Of a DNA stretch of 64,000 nucleotides, positions 24,112-37,600 are shown in pieces. Numbering within the stretch: position 1 is the first letter of the stretch; the number at the start of each line of letters is the position of its first letter. The DNA lies in NCBI GenBank assembly GCA_002269645.1, contig NIVC01000374.1, positions 62,001 through 126,000 of the forward strand. The letters run 5' to 3'. Source of the DNA: Macrostomum lignano (lineage: Eukaryota). The notes under the pieces are model-generated. The model did not search any database. It was not told where the DNA came from and saw only the letters and a list, made by a program, of their open reading frames with translations. The translations under genes were made by a program, and so were the position numbers.

Positions 24112-25440
24112 TACGAGGGGTAATCAAAAAGTTCTGCAATCTCTTGTTATAGCTTTTAGGTATAGAATCGGCAAAAGCCAAAAACTTATACATATGCGGC
24201 TATATCTATTTGCTATATTTATTTGCATTTTTGGCTTCCAAATATGCCCCAGTCAAATTTTACAGCCATATATTTCCCATGTGTTTTCATTAGCTGATGG
24301 AACCATCAAAATCAAAAGACAATGTTTGCTTCTATATCTTTATGCGCATGCAACTTGGCTGCAGAGCAACTGAGATTTATACTGATCTAGTGAATATTTT
24401 AGCTGACTCTGCTCCATCATTTGACATGGTTGCCCACTGGGTGCATCATTTTTTAGAAGGCTGGGACAGCTTCAACAATGAACCAAGGTCTGGCTGACCC
24501 TGGATATCTGTTACCAAAGATGTTGTGGCCTGTGCCAATGCAATAATTCATGAGGATTGGAGCATTATGCTGAGATTCCTTGCCTATGAGCTAGGTGTTA
24601 GCTTTGGAAGTGCTCATAACATCATGCCTGAGCAACTGGGTCGCACAAAGACCTGCACTTGGTGGGTATCCCATATTCTTACTCTGGAGCAGTAAGCAGA
24701 GAGGGGGCGCATCTGTTGCTTGTGGCTGCAAATGTTTGAGCCCCACAGCCCACAATGACTGTCGGATGTCATCACAGGAGACGAATGTTGGATCGCCTTC
24801 TTTACCATGAAAGATGAGCAGTCTAAAATGGTCTGGCTGGCAGAAGATGAGCCAAGGCCTAAGGTGCTGAAGACTGGATTCCGCAGTTGGAAGCAGATGT
24901 TCACTATTTTTTTTATTCTCAGGGTGTTGTATCGGCGAAAATCTTTACAGCAGGTGCCACAATGACTGCCAGGTACTACACAGACACTGTTCTACCAGGC
25001 GTGCTACAGGAGTGGTAGGAACGTGTGTAAACCAGGCATGGACCTCGACTCCTGCTGCACCATGACAATGCGGCACCACACAGAGCAGCCTCAACCATGG
25101 CATACCTAGAGCAACAAGGGGGTCCAGCTGCTGCCCCATCTACTCTACTTTTTAGACCTAGCACCCTGTGACTTTTGGCTGTTCTGGAGGATCAAATCCG
25201 TCATTTTTGGGAAGCTATTTTCACACATACAAGACCTTGCCCAAGCAGTACATTTAGCTCTACAGGGTATACCAACTTTGGAGTACCATGAATGCTTTCA
25301 GTCATGGTGCACACACATGCGACGGTACATAGATGGTGGTGGAAAGTTACTTTGAGGGAATGTAACAATGATTAGATGTCTCAGTTGCTGTAACACTGAG
25401 TTATGAGATCACTTACAGAACTTTTTAATCACCCCTTGTA
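24112..25440 (+). mobile_element. Degenerate mariner-type transposon (about 1.33 kb) with pseudogenised transposase
   Basis: Imperfect TIRs TACGAGGGGTAATCAAAAAGTTCTG / CAGAACTTTTTAATCACCCCTTGTA with TA ends. Remnants include EIYTDLVNILADSAPSF..V..W...F..G.....EPRSG, WVPH, HHDNAAPH and DLAPCDFWLF, broken by stops and frameshifts. Confidence 0.88.
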
Positions 25441-28080
25441 GCTAAAGAGATCTTGGGCACTAGTGCAGTTTTGTTTGCAAAATTATTTTTCTTTTGAATT
25501 TGTGCTAAGTTCTAATGATTGATAATGCTAACAAAATTTCAACATCATGGTCACATTGGTCAGCAAAATTTCATAGAATTATTTTTCATTTGAATATACA
25601 CGCCAGTGCCAAGGATTTGAATCAATGATTTGAGTGATAATGCAATGTGGCAAAGAAGTCTACCTTGTGAGTTATCTTATCTATGGCCTAAAGGGGTGGT
25701 CTGATAATTGCTAAGTGCAAGGGGGTGGAAATAGCAAAAAGTTTTTACTAAATCTATTTTTTCTAAAGCAAAAAGTATTCTTATAAGCATATTCTACATT
25801 TTGTGGACCCAGATAACCCAACCCTATATATGAACACCATTGAAGGCACATAAGCTCATTGCAAGGCCAAGTTCTGGCAGCTTAAAGAGGACTTATAGTA
25901 AGCTCTTTGAGTCCTATATTTAGGAGTTTATATGGTAGCGTGTGCATAGAGATCTAGAAGCAGCATTTGCTAACATCCTGTATTGGATCCATCATTATTA
26001 TTAACAACAATTGATCCATAACTATTGTGGCAGTTGTGTGCCACTAATGAAAACAGTTTGTGAATTTATTAACCGTTGCACAAATGACTTTAAAGCTATT
26101 ACTAATATTTTAATTGTCCGCTCGTTGTCAACTTTTCGTTTGTATCCCATTAACTAGAAATTCCAGTTAAAGTTTATTCTTCCCTTGCTTGGAAAATGTT
26201 TCCTCCCCCCGCTGGAATCCGAGTTAAAATTTGTTTTATTTTTTTATTTTTCGTGTGTTAACGAGCCTATCCACCGGAGGGCTCCATTCTCAGGACTTTT
26301 AGTCCAGATGCGCATCCAGCAGCACCCCCATCTGATGCTTGTAATATTTTCTCCTAATATTTATACCGCCTCTGATGGCCACCTTACTGCATGCTTGCAT
26401 TTCTTTTTCTTTTCCCCCCTCCCTTCCTCCCTCGTGCTCGTAATTGCTTTGTTTCGTCACTTTCTTTCGCGTTTTGTACTAACAGTTAGCCTTTATCTTA
26501 TTTAGTCAACGCACCGGCACTCGTGACATCAATACTCGTCGAAAATAATAGTTACTTAATTCATTTGATTAATAGCATTTTAAAACCTGCTCAGCCAATA
26601 AATAATAACAGCTAATAAACACTTAATCCAAACCAAATTTATTTCTGTTGACATAGGCCATAGTATTTATTAAGTCATTTGCCTGTGGGGCATAAAATAA
26701 CCAAAGTTCTCATCTCAAAGAAAGCTCTGAGACTTATTCGTTTCATAATACATAAATTACGGTGGTGGCAGCAACTACCCTACTGAAAGTAACAAACTCA
26801 GCTATTCGACGTATTATCTTACGGAATCAGGAATCTCCGACTATGGTGTTTCATCAATTCAAATGACCTTGCCGCTACACGACCGCTTCGCTACGATTAC
26901 GACTACCCTTCCTCCCAGACTTGAGAACCTGGCAGTTGGAGTAAAAGGAGAAAATTTTCCTGTTGAGTTTCATTTGCGCGATTTTTCTGGTTTTATTTGT
27001 GCGAACTCAACATCGGCGGCAATTCAAATGTGGAATCCGCCCCACCTCACTGGTGTCAGCCAATATTTAAAAAACCCAAGAACTACCAAAAAAATCTTCT
27101 TCGCCCCCACCTTACTATATTAAGCTACAAACTCCTTTTCTAGTTTTCAGTTACATTTATAATTGTTATAAACAAACCAACAAAAGTTTTACATGTTACA
27201 ATAGTTCCTTGCACTCCCAATAGTAAGAAAATAAAGTTAGAATTATTTGCTTAGCTAAATTCAAAAGAAAAATAATTTTGCTAATTAAACTGCACTAGCA
27301 CTAGATCTTTCCTAGAGGCTTTTCATCATATTACCAATTCCAGAATCAAAATCGGTTTGGATCTTCCAAGAAAAACAGCAGTATAACTATTTAATTCTGT
27401 TGAATGTTTGACTGCCTTAACAACCTCACTTAGCACAACCTTTCACTTTCCTCTTGGCAATTGTCATTCAATAATAAAAACTTTATAGCACGTATCTCCC
27501 TCTAGTTATGGAGACAAAAGGTTATACTTCACAAATTGGTTCTGGTTCTGGAACCAGAACAAGCAATATGAAAAAGCCCCTAGTGGCAAGCTACAGTTTA
27601 GTTTAGAGATTTGGAGCACCTTATCTAATTTCCTGTAAGGCCATAATAATAAATATAATATAATATGAATTGAAAATTCTCTTTTAAGCATTTTAAATCA
27701 TCTTTTAAGCAAGCATTTTAATACCAAGTTTGATAGGTAGAGGGATTTTCCACTAAATTTAATTCCATTTCAAATTTCATATTTTGGCTAAATATTGGCT
27801 AGATACTGATACTGGTACTGATAAGTGATGAACTATAATGCTTAACTTCCCATCTTCCCTTTCTTGAGGGAGCTCAAACTCAGCTTAGGGCTCTCAGTCA
27901 CAGGCTTAGCCTTAGGGAGGGCGATGCTAAGCCACAAATTACAGAACTAAAAATATCAATATGCACTTAAGCACAGCATGGCTTAGTATCTCAGATATGA
28001 ATGAGTAGTCACGAAGGCCGACCTTACCAACCAATAATTTAAACTTTCGAACAAAGCCTTGTCCAGTTGTCACTGTCAGT

Positions 28081-29310
28081 CAGTGTTGGGCACTTCCGTT
28101 ACCGAGTAACTTGTAAATGGTAACGCAAGTTACTTTTTCGTAAAGCGTTCCTTACGCAAGTTACTTTCCTATTTTGGTAACGGAGTAACGGTAAGTTACT
28201 CAAATTTCGGAAGTCCGTTACAGTTACTTTGCAACAATCGCAATATTTAAATTTAAAACTGATATGCTTAGCTATTACGCCAGTTGTCACATTTTTAGTA
28301 TTTTTCATTCCTAAATTCAAAACTAAGTGACTAATATCATACGGTATTACGCTGTAATTAATAAAGAACTTGAAACATGTTTTTACTTTGTTATTTTCGG
28401 TAAAATATTTTTGCTTTTTGTTTTTAAGTTAATAAAAATATTTTGTTTAGTTCTTAGAAACAAACAACCAAAGAAAGAAATTCATCTGTAGTCTCCACAA
28501 ATCCACTCAGTGATCGACGTAGCCAGGAATTTTAATTGGGGGGGGGGCGGGTTGGCCTGGCTGGCCATGCCTCATGCCATTGCCACTTTTAGCGCCGCAG
28601 GCACTCATTTTAGCGCCGCAAGCACTCATTTAAGCGCCGCAGGCACTCAATCGCCTCATGGTTTTTGGTACCCGCCACGCCCAACCCCACCCCCCCAGGT
28701 GGGGTTTCTTGCAGGTGGGGTGAAGTTGCCGCCCCAACGATTGTTAAGGCGGCCTCCCTGGCTACACCACTAAAGTCCATTGGCACTGCACTGCACTGCA
28801 CAATAATTTAATATTATGATAATAATTGAAAATAAATAAAAAGACTAGTAAAGCAGACTGTAGAGTGGAGTAAAGCCAGGTACTTATTACGAGCGATGTA
28901 TTATCAAGGACAACTGAAGTTACGTTAAGTTGTCCTTGTGTATTATAACTTATAATGTTATTAAAAATTAAATTGCGTTTTGCCTTTAACGTTTCTGACC
29001 TTCAGCTTCTCTTTTTTTTACGGAAAGGGCCTAAAGTGATTAAAATTTAATACAGTTACTGAAATTAATGTTGTTTTATTCTTCCTCCTGGCTTTCGCGA
29101 TCATTTGTGCTGTTCCAGCGCATTTGCAATGTTAAAAAAGCAGAAAATTTTGTTAATAACATAGGTAACGGAAGTAAGTAACGGAAGTAACTTAAAAGTT
29201 ACCGGGTTTTTGTATAAAGTTACTAGGCTAACGTAAGTTACTTTTTAAAAAGTGGTTACTTAAGTTACAGTAACGCAAGTTACTTTTTTTGAGTAACTTG
29301 CCCAACACTG
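28081..29310. mobile_element. Non-autonomous hAT-type MITE
   Basis: 12-bp TIR CAGTGTTGGGCA...TGCCCAACACTG, perfect 8-bp TSD CTGTCAGT (28073-28080, 29311-29318) and subterminal GTAAC/GTTAC motifs. Confidence 0.9.
28508..28772. mobile_element. Small nested TIR element carrying three 21-bp satellite units
   Basis: Ends CAGTG..CGTAGCCAGG and CCTGGCTACACCACT(A) are imperfect inverted repeats. No clean TSD. Confidence 0.6.
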
Positions 29311-29958
29311 CTGTCAGTCATGTTTGGTTGTCGAAGAAGATCGGATCGAGCCAGCCAGCCAGCCACGAAAACTCCTTTCAAAGAAATGCCAATTTAAAAC
29401 TTCTATAGAGATTTGCAAAAAAATATTAACAAAACACAGTAACATTAAGCAGTATTAAAACAGTAAAAACAGTAACTATTAATAAATTATAAATAATTCA
29501 CAAAAACAATTTGTTTCGTTTTTAAGGTGTATATTACTTAATTTTTAGAGGGGGTGCTGTCGTCATCATCATCAGATGTCGTTGTTCAATATTTCAACGT
29601 TAAGCAATGCAGCTTTAAACTTGTAGGGCCTATTATACTACAAAACATGCATGAAAGAATGGCATATGGATGATATGGAGAATGGAGAATGTAATCCTAA
29701 TGTATTGTATGATAACATGTCCATTTATCTCTCATCGGATCTTGTAATGACTTAGTTGCAGTTAATGATATGAAACTTTAAAATTGTTCAACAGATTTTA
29801 GTTTTCCACTATTTAATCTATCTTAATAATATATCTGATGACTGTGTTACCTGGGCCTAGCCTAGTGCCATGGTAAATCTAGTCCTACTTAAGTTTTTAG
29901 CTGAAAATATTGCTGATGTTTGGTGCCTATTTTTTTGTCCTAAATATAAATTATAAAA

Positions 29959-30678
29959 GGCAGTGCTTATTTAGCCGGCACCGGTCGAATAAGTTCGCTA
30001 CTATTTAGCCGGCACCGGTCAAATAAGCCCGTCACTATTTAGCCGGCAGTCCTGCCCCACTGCCGGTCAAATAAGCCCGTCACTATTTAGCCGGCAGTCC
30101 TGCCCCACTGCCGGTCAAATAAGCTCGTCACTATTTAGCCAGCAATAAACAAATTTAATGCTTGTTCCTACGATTTGTACGACAGAAACTAAAGTGTCTG
30201 TAGAAGTGTCTGAATAAGTGTCGGCGAATGTTTAATACGTCCTAGTTGTGGGCCCTGGCCATACTGTACATATATACTGTCTTTAGCACACAAGAGGGCA
30301 AGGATCGCTTGGATGAATGGGTTATAGCTTATTAATTTGACCGGCAGTGGGGCAGGACTGCGGGCTAAATAGTGACGGGCTTATTTGACCGGCAGCAGGA
30401 CTCGGGCAGGACTGCCGGCTAAATAGTGACGGGCTTATTTGACCGGCAGCAGGACTCGGGCAGGACTGCCAGCTAAATAGTGACGGGCTTATTTGACCGG
30501 CAGCAGGACTCGGGCAGGACTGCCGGCTAAATAGTGACGGGCTTATTTGACCGGCAGCAGGACTCGGGCAGGACTGCCGGCTAAATAGTGACGCGCTTAT
30601 TTGACCGGCAATGGGGCAGGACTGCCGGCTAAATAGTGACGCGCTTATTTGACCGGTGCCGGCTAAATAAGCACTGCC
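29959..30678. mobile_element. MULE/foldback-type non-autonomous element
   Basis: Ends GGCAGTGCTTATTTAGCCGGCACCGGTC and its inverse, long arms made of tandem subrepeats, and a perfect 9-bp TSD ATTATAAAA (29950-29958, 30679-30687). Confidence 0.85.
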
Positions 30679-33200
30679 ATTATAAAATAACTTTTCAGTT
30701 TTCTATGATTTTTCAGGCTTCTTGAAGTTTATGTTGATAAAATAGTTGCAATTTTGATAGGATCATAATTCCATCTCTGTAAGGGTTTTTGATGGTGCTG
30801 ATTTCAAATTTGAGCTCCATTTTTTGGTAGCTTTAACCCAATTATATGTAGCTTAAAGCCAACCACCGGGGCATGGGGAATGGGGGGTTTTAGAGTGGGG
30901 AGATTCTTTGTGAGGAAGTATTTTATCAACATAAACTTCAAGAAGCCCGATTTTTCTATTCTGAAATTTCTAGAAAAAATCCCAGCCCCAGCGCCTAGCC
31001 CTAGCTAAGTCTTAAATATTCATACTTCATAAAATAGGCTTATTTACAAGTCGTAAAACCTAGATATCGCTATTACAGGCCTAGCCTATATTAGGCTTTG
31101 CCTTTGTTAAAGAATCTAGGACTTAGGCCCTATACCCTATCTTAAAGTTTATAGTAGACTAGCTAATAACAATAATATTTTTATTAAGTGAGCATACTAT
31201 GGGATGGGCATTTGCCAATGCTTCTATTTTAGTAAATTGGTCATTGTATTTAACCTTTGTTTGGTTGGGCTTGCTTGCTTACTTGCTTCCTTTTCTATAT
31301 TTGAAAACATAGTTATATCATTAAATATCATTTTATTCTTGTCCTTAGTTAAATAATATTAGTATCAATATAATATTAATAAATAGACTAACACATACCT
31401 ATCTTGGCAGCTAAGGAATATATAATTTTATAGCAAGCATGCACTTTATAATGCCTGGGACCTAGGACTAAGAGGCACTGTTTTGACTATGACTTTGTTG
31501 GGGCCAAGCGCCTTGCTGCCTGATATCCTCCATATAGACTTAAACAAGCCCCTAACTTTTTTCATTATGATTTGATGCATTTTACATCCTAGGTATTTTG
31601 CTTGTCCCTGTGCCTGTGGTTAATTTCTATTCTCTCTAAATTTTAATTGCAATGACCAAATTATAATAGAGGTTTTATTGATTTCACTGATGTGATGTTA
31701 AAGGACTCTTGTCAAAATTGTACCATGATAAAGGTTGTAGTAGACTATAATTAACCTTTGAGCAAAAGTCTTAAAATAGGTCTAAGTATTAGTCTAAGTA
31801 TATAAGTCCAAGTATTAGTCTAAGTATTATTAATAAATTTGAAAGGCAAAGGCTGGCTTATAGCACAAAATAGTTTGCTCTGCTGAATTGAGTATGCAGA
31901 AAGATATTGGAAAAGAGGTGCCCTTCCCAAGCAAAGTGGGAGGCATATTTATGGCAGTATATTTGGGGTAGATACATCCTGAGCTTTGTAGAGAGAAGGC
32001 AGTGGAATGCACATAGACAATGGAGAAATATAGACAATAGGGTGAGTCACACACATATAGACAGACAGAGAGAGATGGGGAACCAGACAGACATACAGTG
32101 ATTCAGACAAGGGGAGAAAGTGCATATAGAAAACAGGAAAAGTTCATGAGAGAGATGGGGAACCAGACAGACACACAGTTGATTCAGACAAGGGGAGAAA
32201 GTGCATATAGAAAACAGGAAAAGTTTATAATGTCCATAGCTCAAATGCCAAAAGTATATTCTTTATTTCTTACTGGTAGTGTTCTTTTTGTTTACTAGTA
32301 ACAATCTTATTCTATACTAATTAACATTTTAGGCCTAAGCAGTATATTACTGTTATTAGTATATGTATTGCATATATATGTATATCTTTTATAGTCCTAA
32401 GTGTTTTCAAGATTAGAGGGTCATGTCCTTTATTATTCTATATGTATACTAATACTCCAATATCTACTTTGTCTCCTTCTAAATTCAGTATTCTACTTAT
32501 TTGTAGTATATACCATATAAATTCTCTCCATTTCACTAAAAAATTAACTAAGTCAGATTCTAAGTCTTGTTAGTTTATTTTTTCTAATGCTAAAGACTTC
32601 AGTTTTTTATTAGCAAGTTTTTGAGCTAGTACAAATTATTAAGAAAACTTTGACTACTAATATCATATTTGAAAATTGATATTAATCTAACTAGCATGTA
32701 GCATAAAAGAGAGCCATAGGCCAGCCTAGTGGTCTAGGCTCAATTATAAGTGCAATCATTAATTTGGGGATAAATTGGAATCTCAGCTTGGGTCTACTTT
32801 TATAATTAATATCCTTGAAGGCCAAACTTCAGGGCATTATAAAGTAAAAAAAACATTCTTAATGATAAATAATGTTAGGCCCACTGTACATTCTTGTGTG
32901 AGTGAATGTCTATGCATATGACTGCATACATATCCTTGTGCTTATGTGCCTACTCAGGGGCATACATGCGCAACCCCCCTGATTTACACTGGCCATGCGA
33001 CTTACCTGTAAAAACCCTAACGCAATTTTTGGTAAATGGCAAGAGTAACTATGACTGTCTTATAAGGGCTAAATGCATCCTGGTCATCTAATTAGTACTA
33101 CGTCTGTATTCTTTAGGCTGGGCTTTTTTGCGACTTACCCCTGGTCCACCACAATTTACGGTGGCCAGATCGGCCAGGTCGGCCAGCAGTTGCGCATGTA

Positions 33201-34501
33201 CCGGGTGTCCGGATTGAACGGAAACGCTGCTTAAAACGTCGTTAATTACGTAATCATTCGCAAAATTCAAAATTTTGCATGGGTGTCAGAACCAGCAGAA
33301 ATCACAGAATTTAATACATCCACTCTTGCAGCTTTATTCCTAACCATGGCTGAGCACGAGGCTCAAAGACGAGCAATCGCTGAATTACTTTGCGCTGGAA
33401 AGTCAACTAGCGACATCAGAGAAGTGCTCAATGTGAGCAGAAAGAGGATTTTCACTGTGAGGAAGCTGCTGAACGACACAGGAGATGTCACCAAAAGACA
33501 TGGGGGTGGTCGTCCGAGGACAAAAAGGACGAAGAAGACCGTCGCAGCCGTCCGGGCGAAGGTCAACCGAAATCCCCGAAGGTCGATTCGCCGACTGGCA
33601 CGTGAGCACGACATGAGCAAGACGACAATGTCGGAGCTCGTCAAAGAAGACCTCGGCATGGTGTCCAGGGTGGTGGTGCCGAAGAACCTCATCACTTCGA
33701 AGCAGAAGGTATCGCGTCTCAAGCGTTGCAGGCAGTTGCTCACGTGGGTGAAGAACCACGGCTCGCTGGTGCGCGTGTTCAGCGACGAGAAACTGTTCAC
33801 CTGTGACCAAGCCGTGAACAGGCGCAACACTCGCTACATCAGCGCCGCCAGCAGCGCGGACACACCTGCCCACGTGAAGTACAGTATGAAGTCTAAGCAC
33901 CCGGCCTCCATCATGATGCTGGGCGTCGTTGCGAGTGATGGACGGAGGTGTCCCCCATTTTCATCAACCCAGGCACCAAAGTGAATGCTGCATGCTACCA
34001 GCAGCTGCTGCAGCAGCACGTGCTGCCTTGGCTGCATCAGCAGTACCCTGACGGACAGTACGTGTGGCAGCAGGACGGTGCTCCGGCTCACACAGCGGCC
34101 ACAACCCAGCAGTTCTTGGCAGACAACATGGCGAACTTCTGGCCGAAGACGATGTGGCCGCCCTCCAGTCCGGACCTGAATCCGCTGGACTTCTCAATCT
34201 GGCAGCGTGTGGAGAGCGAGGCCTGCAGATCCTGCCACAGCAGTGTGGAAGCGCTGCAGGCTGCTGTTCGGCTGGCGTGGGAGAGAATGGACACCAACTA
34301 TGTGAGGAAGGTGTGCCAGCAGTTCAGGAAGAGGCTGGAGCGCGTGATCGCGGCCAATGGCGGCCATTTTGAATGAGAACAATGCTGACACCTTCCTGTT
34401 TACTGTTGTCAAAAATAAATGGTACAGCTGCTTGTCTTGCTGAGAAATTGCAAAAAATATTCAAAAAATCAGCAGCGTTTCCGTTCAATCCGGACACCCG
34501 G
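33201..34501 (+). mobile_element. Tc1/mariner superfamily, maT (DD37D) DNA transposon, near intact
   Basis: Perfect 30-bp TIR CCGGGTGTCCGGATTGAACGGAAACGCTGC, TA on both flanks (33199-33200, 34502-34503), length 1301 bp. Confidence 0.95.
33346..34376 (+). pseudogene. DD37D transposase with a single -1 frameshift near 33952-33956
   Basis: HTH N-terminus, VFSDEKLF, WQQDGAPAH and WPPSSPDLNPLDFSIW, with 37 residues between D2 and D3. One extra C in a C5 run would restore a 343-aa ORF. Confidence 0.88.
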
Positions 34502-34674
34502 TATGCTCAGGGGTGTTGGTGGAATATCCAGTAATGCCTCTTGCCAGTTGTGTAAAAATGTGAACAAAGCCTTGACTATCCTTAATAAAAAAATGATAGC
34601 AGAAAAATTAAATACTATAAATTTTCTATTCACTTTTTCAGAATTCCTCAAAGTTCCCAAAAAAGTAATCAAAG

Positions 34675-37600
34675 ATGTTATTTCTATTCTCTTCTGCCGC
34701 CAGTAGCCGCCATTTGGTAGTTGCTAAGCAGGCAGTTATTCTGTTATTAGCCCTAGCAACTATTGTATGCTTATTACAAGTACCAGCTAGTGTTCATTGC
34801 AAACGGCACTCGGTTGCCATAGATACAAAATCAACGCCAGAGAGTGTTGGCAACGATTTTGTTGCCACAGAGGATTGGCAGGTGGTGCAGCCCGGTCAGC
34901 GGATTCCACCTGGCCTTCATGTGCGCATGAATATTCAGACTGGGCACACCGAGGCCAGGCTAATGCCTCCCTCTAATGCCAATGATAATCCGGCTAGCGC
35001 ATCTAATCTACCAGCCCTGGTTGCTAATGACAACAAAGATCCTAGTACTGGCGATGAGGATGCTGCTAAAGAAGAGAAAAACAATAATATTGGCGGACTG
35101 TCTGGCCAAGCCTTGCGCGAAGCTCTGAGCAGTAGACGAATGAAGGAGGCTCTGAAAAAGATTAAAGCTGAAAATTTGGCATCTGGTCAGACTGGCGATC
35201 AAAATGAAGAGTCCATTGTTCAACAGTTTCGTAGCTATGAAGATTTGAGGGTTAGTTCGGCTGGTGAATAACTAATGATGTGTTAATAGTTCTTTTTATG
35301 CGACTGTCTGACTTAGCGGTGTCAGCTGCAGTGCCTGAGGGGAATGGGATAGCCAGCTGCAGTGCCTGAGGGGAATGGGATAGCCAGCTGAAGTGCCTGA
35401 GGGGAATAGGATAGCCAGCTGAAGTGCCTGAGGGGAATAGGATAGCCAACTGAAGTGCCTGAGGGGAATAGGATAGCCAGCTGAAGTGCCTGAGGGGAAT
35501 GGGATAGCCAGCTGCAGTGCCTGAGGGGAATAGGATAGCCAGCTGCAGTGCCTGAGGGGAATGGGATAGCCAGCTGCAGTGCCTGAGGGGAATGGGATAG
35601 CCAGCTGCAGTGCCTGAGAGGAATGGGATAGCCAGCTGAAGTGCCTGAGGGGAATGGGATAGCCAGCTGCAGTGCCTGAGGGGAATGGGATAGCCAGCTG
35701 AAGTGCCTGAGGGGAATAAGATAGCCAGCTGCAGTGCCTGAGGGGAATGGGATAGCCAGCTGCAGTGCCTGAGGGGAATAGGATAGCCAGCTGCAGTGCC
35801 TGAGGGGAATGGGATAGCCAGCTGCAGTGCCTGAGGGGAATGGGATAGCCAGCTGCAGTGCCTGAGGGGAATAGGATAGCCAGCTGCAGTGCCTGAGGGG
35901 AATGGGATAGCCAGCTGAAGTGCCTGAGGGGAATAAGATAGCCAGTTGAAGTGCCTGAGTACCGTGTAGACACAACAGAAAGCAAACCCAACGTACTTTT
36001 ATACCCAATTCTCAGTCTGACTTCGCCAAGATCAACGCTGGCATCAAGACGGACCTGGAGGTGATCAAGGAGCTGCTGGCCGAATGGCGCAGATCAACGG
36101 CAGATCGGGCTAATCGAATTCGAATACTGTCCGAGTTTGAGTATCACCTTCGGCAGATTGATAATGCGCAAAATTTTGTACAGCTCGGCGGATTAGAATT
36201 GCTAATGAGCCAAATTAATGGCACTTTTAGTAACGGATCAGAGTCGGTTGATAATGAATCCGCCGCTGCCGCCCTGCGAGTTCTGGCCGCTAGTTGCCAA
36301 GGCAACGCCCCTGTGCAGGTTGGTGGTGGTATTTCAATGCCTTTCTGATTTTAACTTACTCAGTATATTTTATATTGAATGAGTTCTATCTGCTCATATG
36401 GTTATAATCTGATCATTTAGGGTTACATCTAGTCATAGGGTTACATCTGGTCATAGGGTTATATCTGGTCATTTAGGGTTACATCTGGTCATAGGGTTAT
36501 AATCTGATCATTTAGGGTTACATCTAGTCATAGGGTTACATCTGGTCATAGGGTTATATCTGGTCATTTAGGGTTACATCTGGTCATAGGGTTATAATCT
36601 AATCATTTAGGGTTACATCTAGCCATAGGGTTACATCTGGTCATAGGGTTATATCTGGTCATTTAGGGTTACATCTGGTCATAGGGTTATAATCTGATCA
36701 TTTAGGGTTACATCTGGTCATAGGGTTATAATCTAATCATTTAGGGTTACATCTAGCCATAGGGTTACATCTGGTCATAGGGTTATATCTGGTCATTTAG
36801 GGTTACATCTGGTCATAGGGTTATATCTGGTCATTTAGGGTTACATCTGGTCATAGGGTTATAATCTAATCATTTAGGGTTACATCTAGCCATAGGGTTA
36901 CATCTGGTCATAGGGTTATATCTGGTCATTTAGGGTTACATCTGGTCATAGGGTTATAATCTGATCATTTAGGGTTAGATCTGATCATTTAGGGTTATAA
37001 TCTGATCATTTAGGGTTAGATCTGATCATTTAGGGTTATAATCTGATCATTTATGGTTATAATCTGATCATTTAGGGTTATAATCTGATCATTTAGGGTT
37101 ATAATCTGATCATTTAGGGTTATAATCTGATCATTTAAGGTTACATCTGGTCATAGGGTTGTAATCTGATCATTTAGGAAGCATTAAGCATAACAGTTTG
37201 CAGGCAATTCACTTTTGCTTTTGCTTTCACCAACAACAACAACAATTGCTCCACAGGTGGCCGCCATCAAAGCCGGTTTCCTTCCGGTGCTGCTGCGGGC
37301 GATGCTGGCTGGCAGTGGTCTGGAGCAGCAGACTCGATCGGCCAGCGTGCTTGCTTTGGCCAGCCTGTGCAGAAATTTCCCCCTGGCTCAGGTTAGTTGG
37401 CTATGATTGCAGTATTGTCTTTTCATATGAGGTTTTAAGGGACTTCTTAGACTTTAATACGCTTCTAGTGTAGGCATTGAGCTTTGAAGACCGCTCTTGG
37501 TATCTAAGGTGAGATTTTAAGACGCTTCTAATATCTAGGGTGAGATTTTGAGACGCTTTTAATATCTAGGGTGAGATTTTTAGGCTTGTTAACAGCTGGG

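Noticed and set aside
32040-32225. Two-copy ~100-bp duplication with short ORFs
   Set aside because: A simple local duplication without coding or mobile-element hallmarks.
33125-33195. U1 snRNA-like start (ACTTACCCCTGG)
   Set aside because: The match is limited to the donor-complementary bases, with no U1 stem-loops or Sm site. It is better explained as a minus-strand splice donor.
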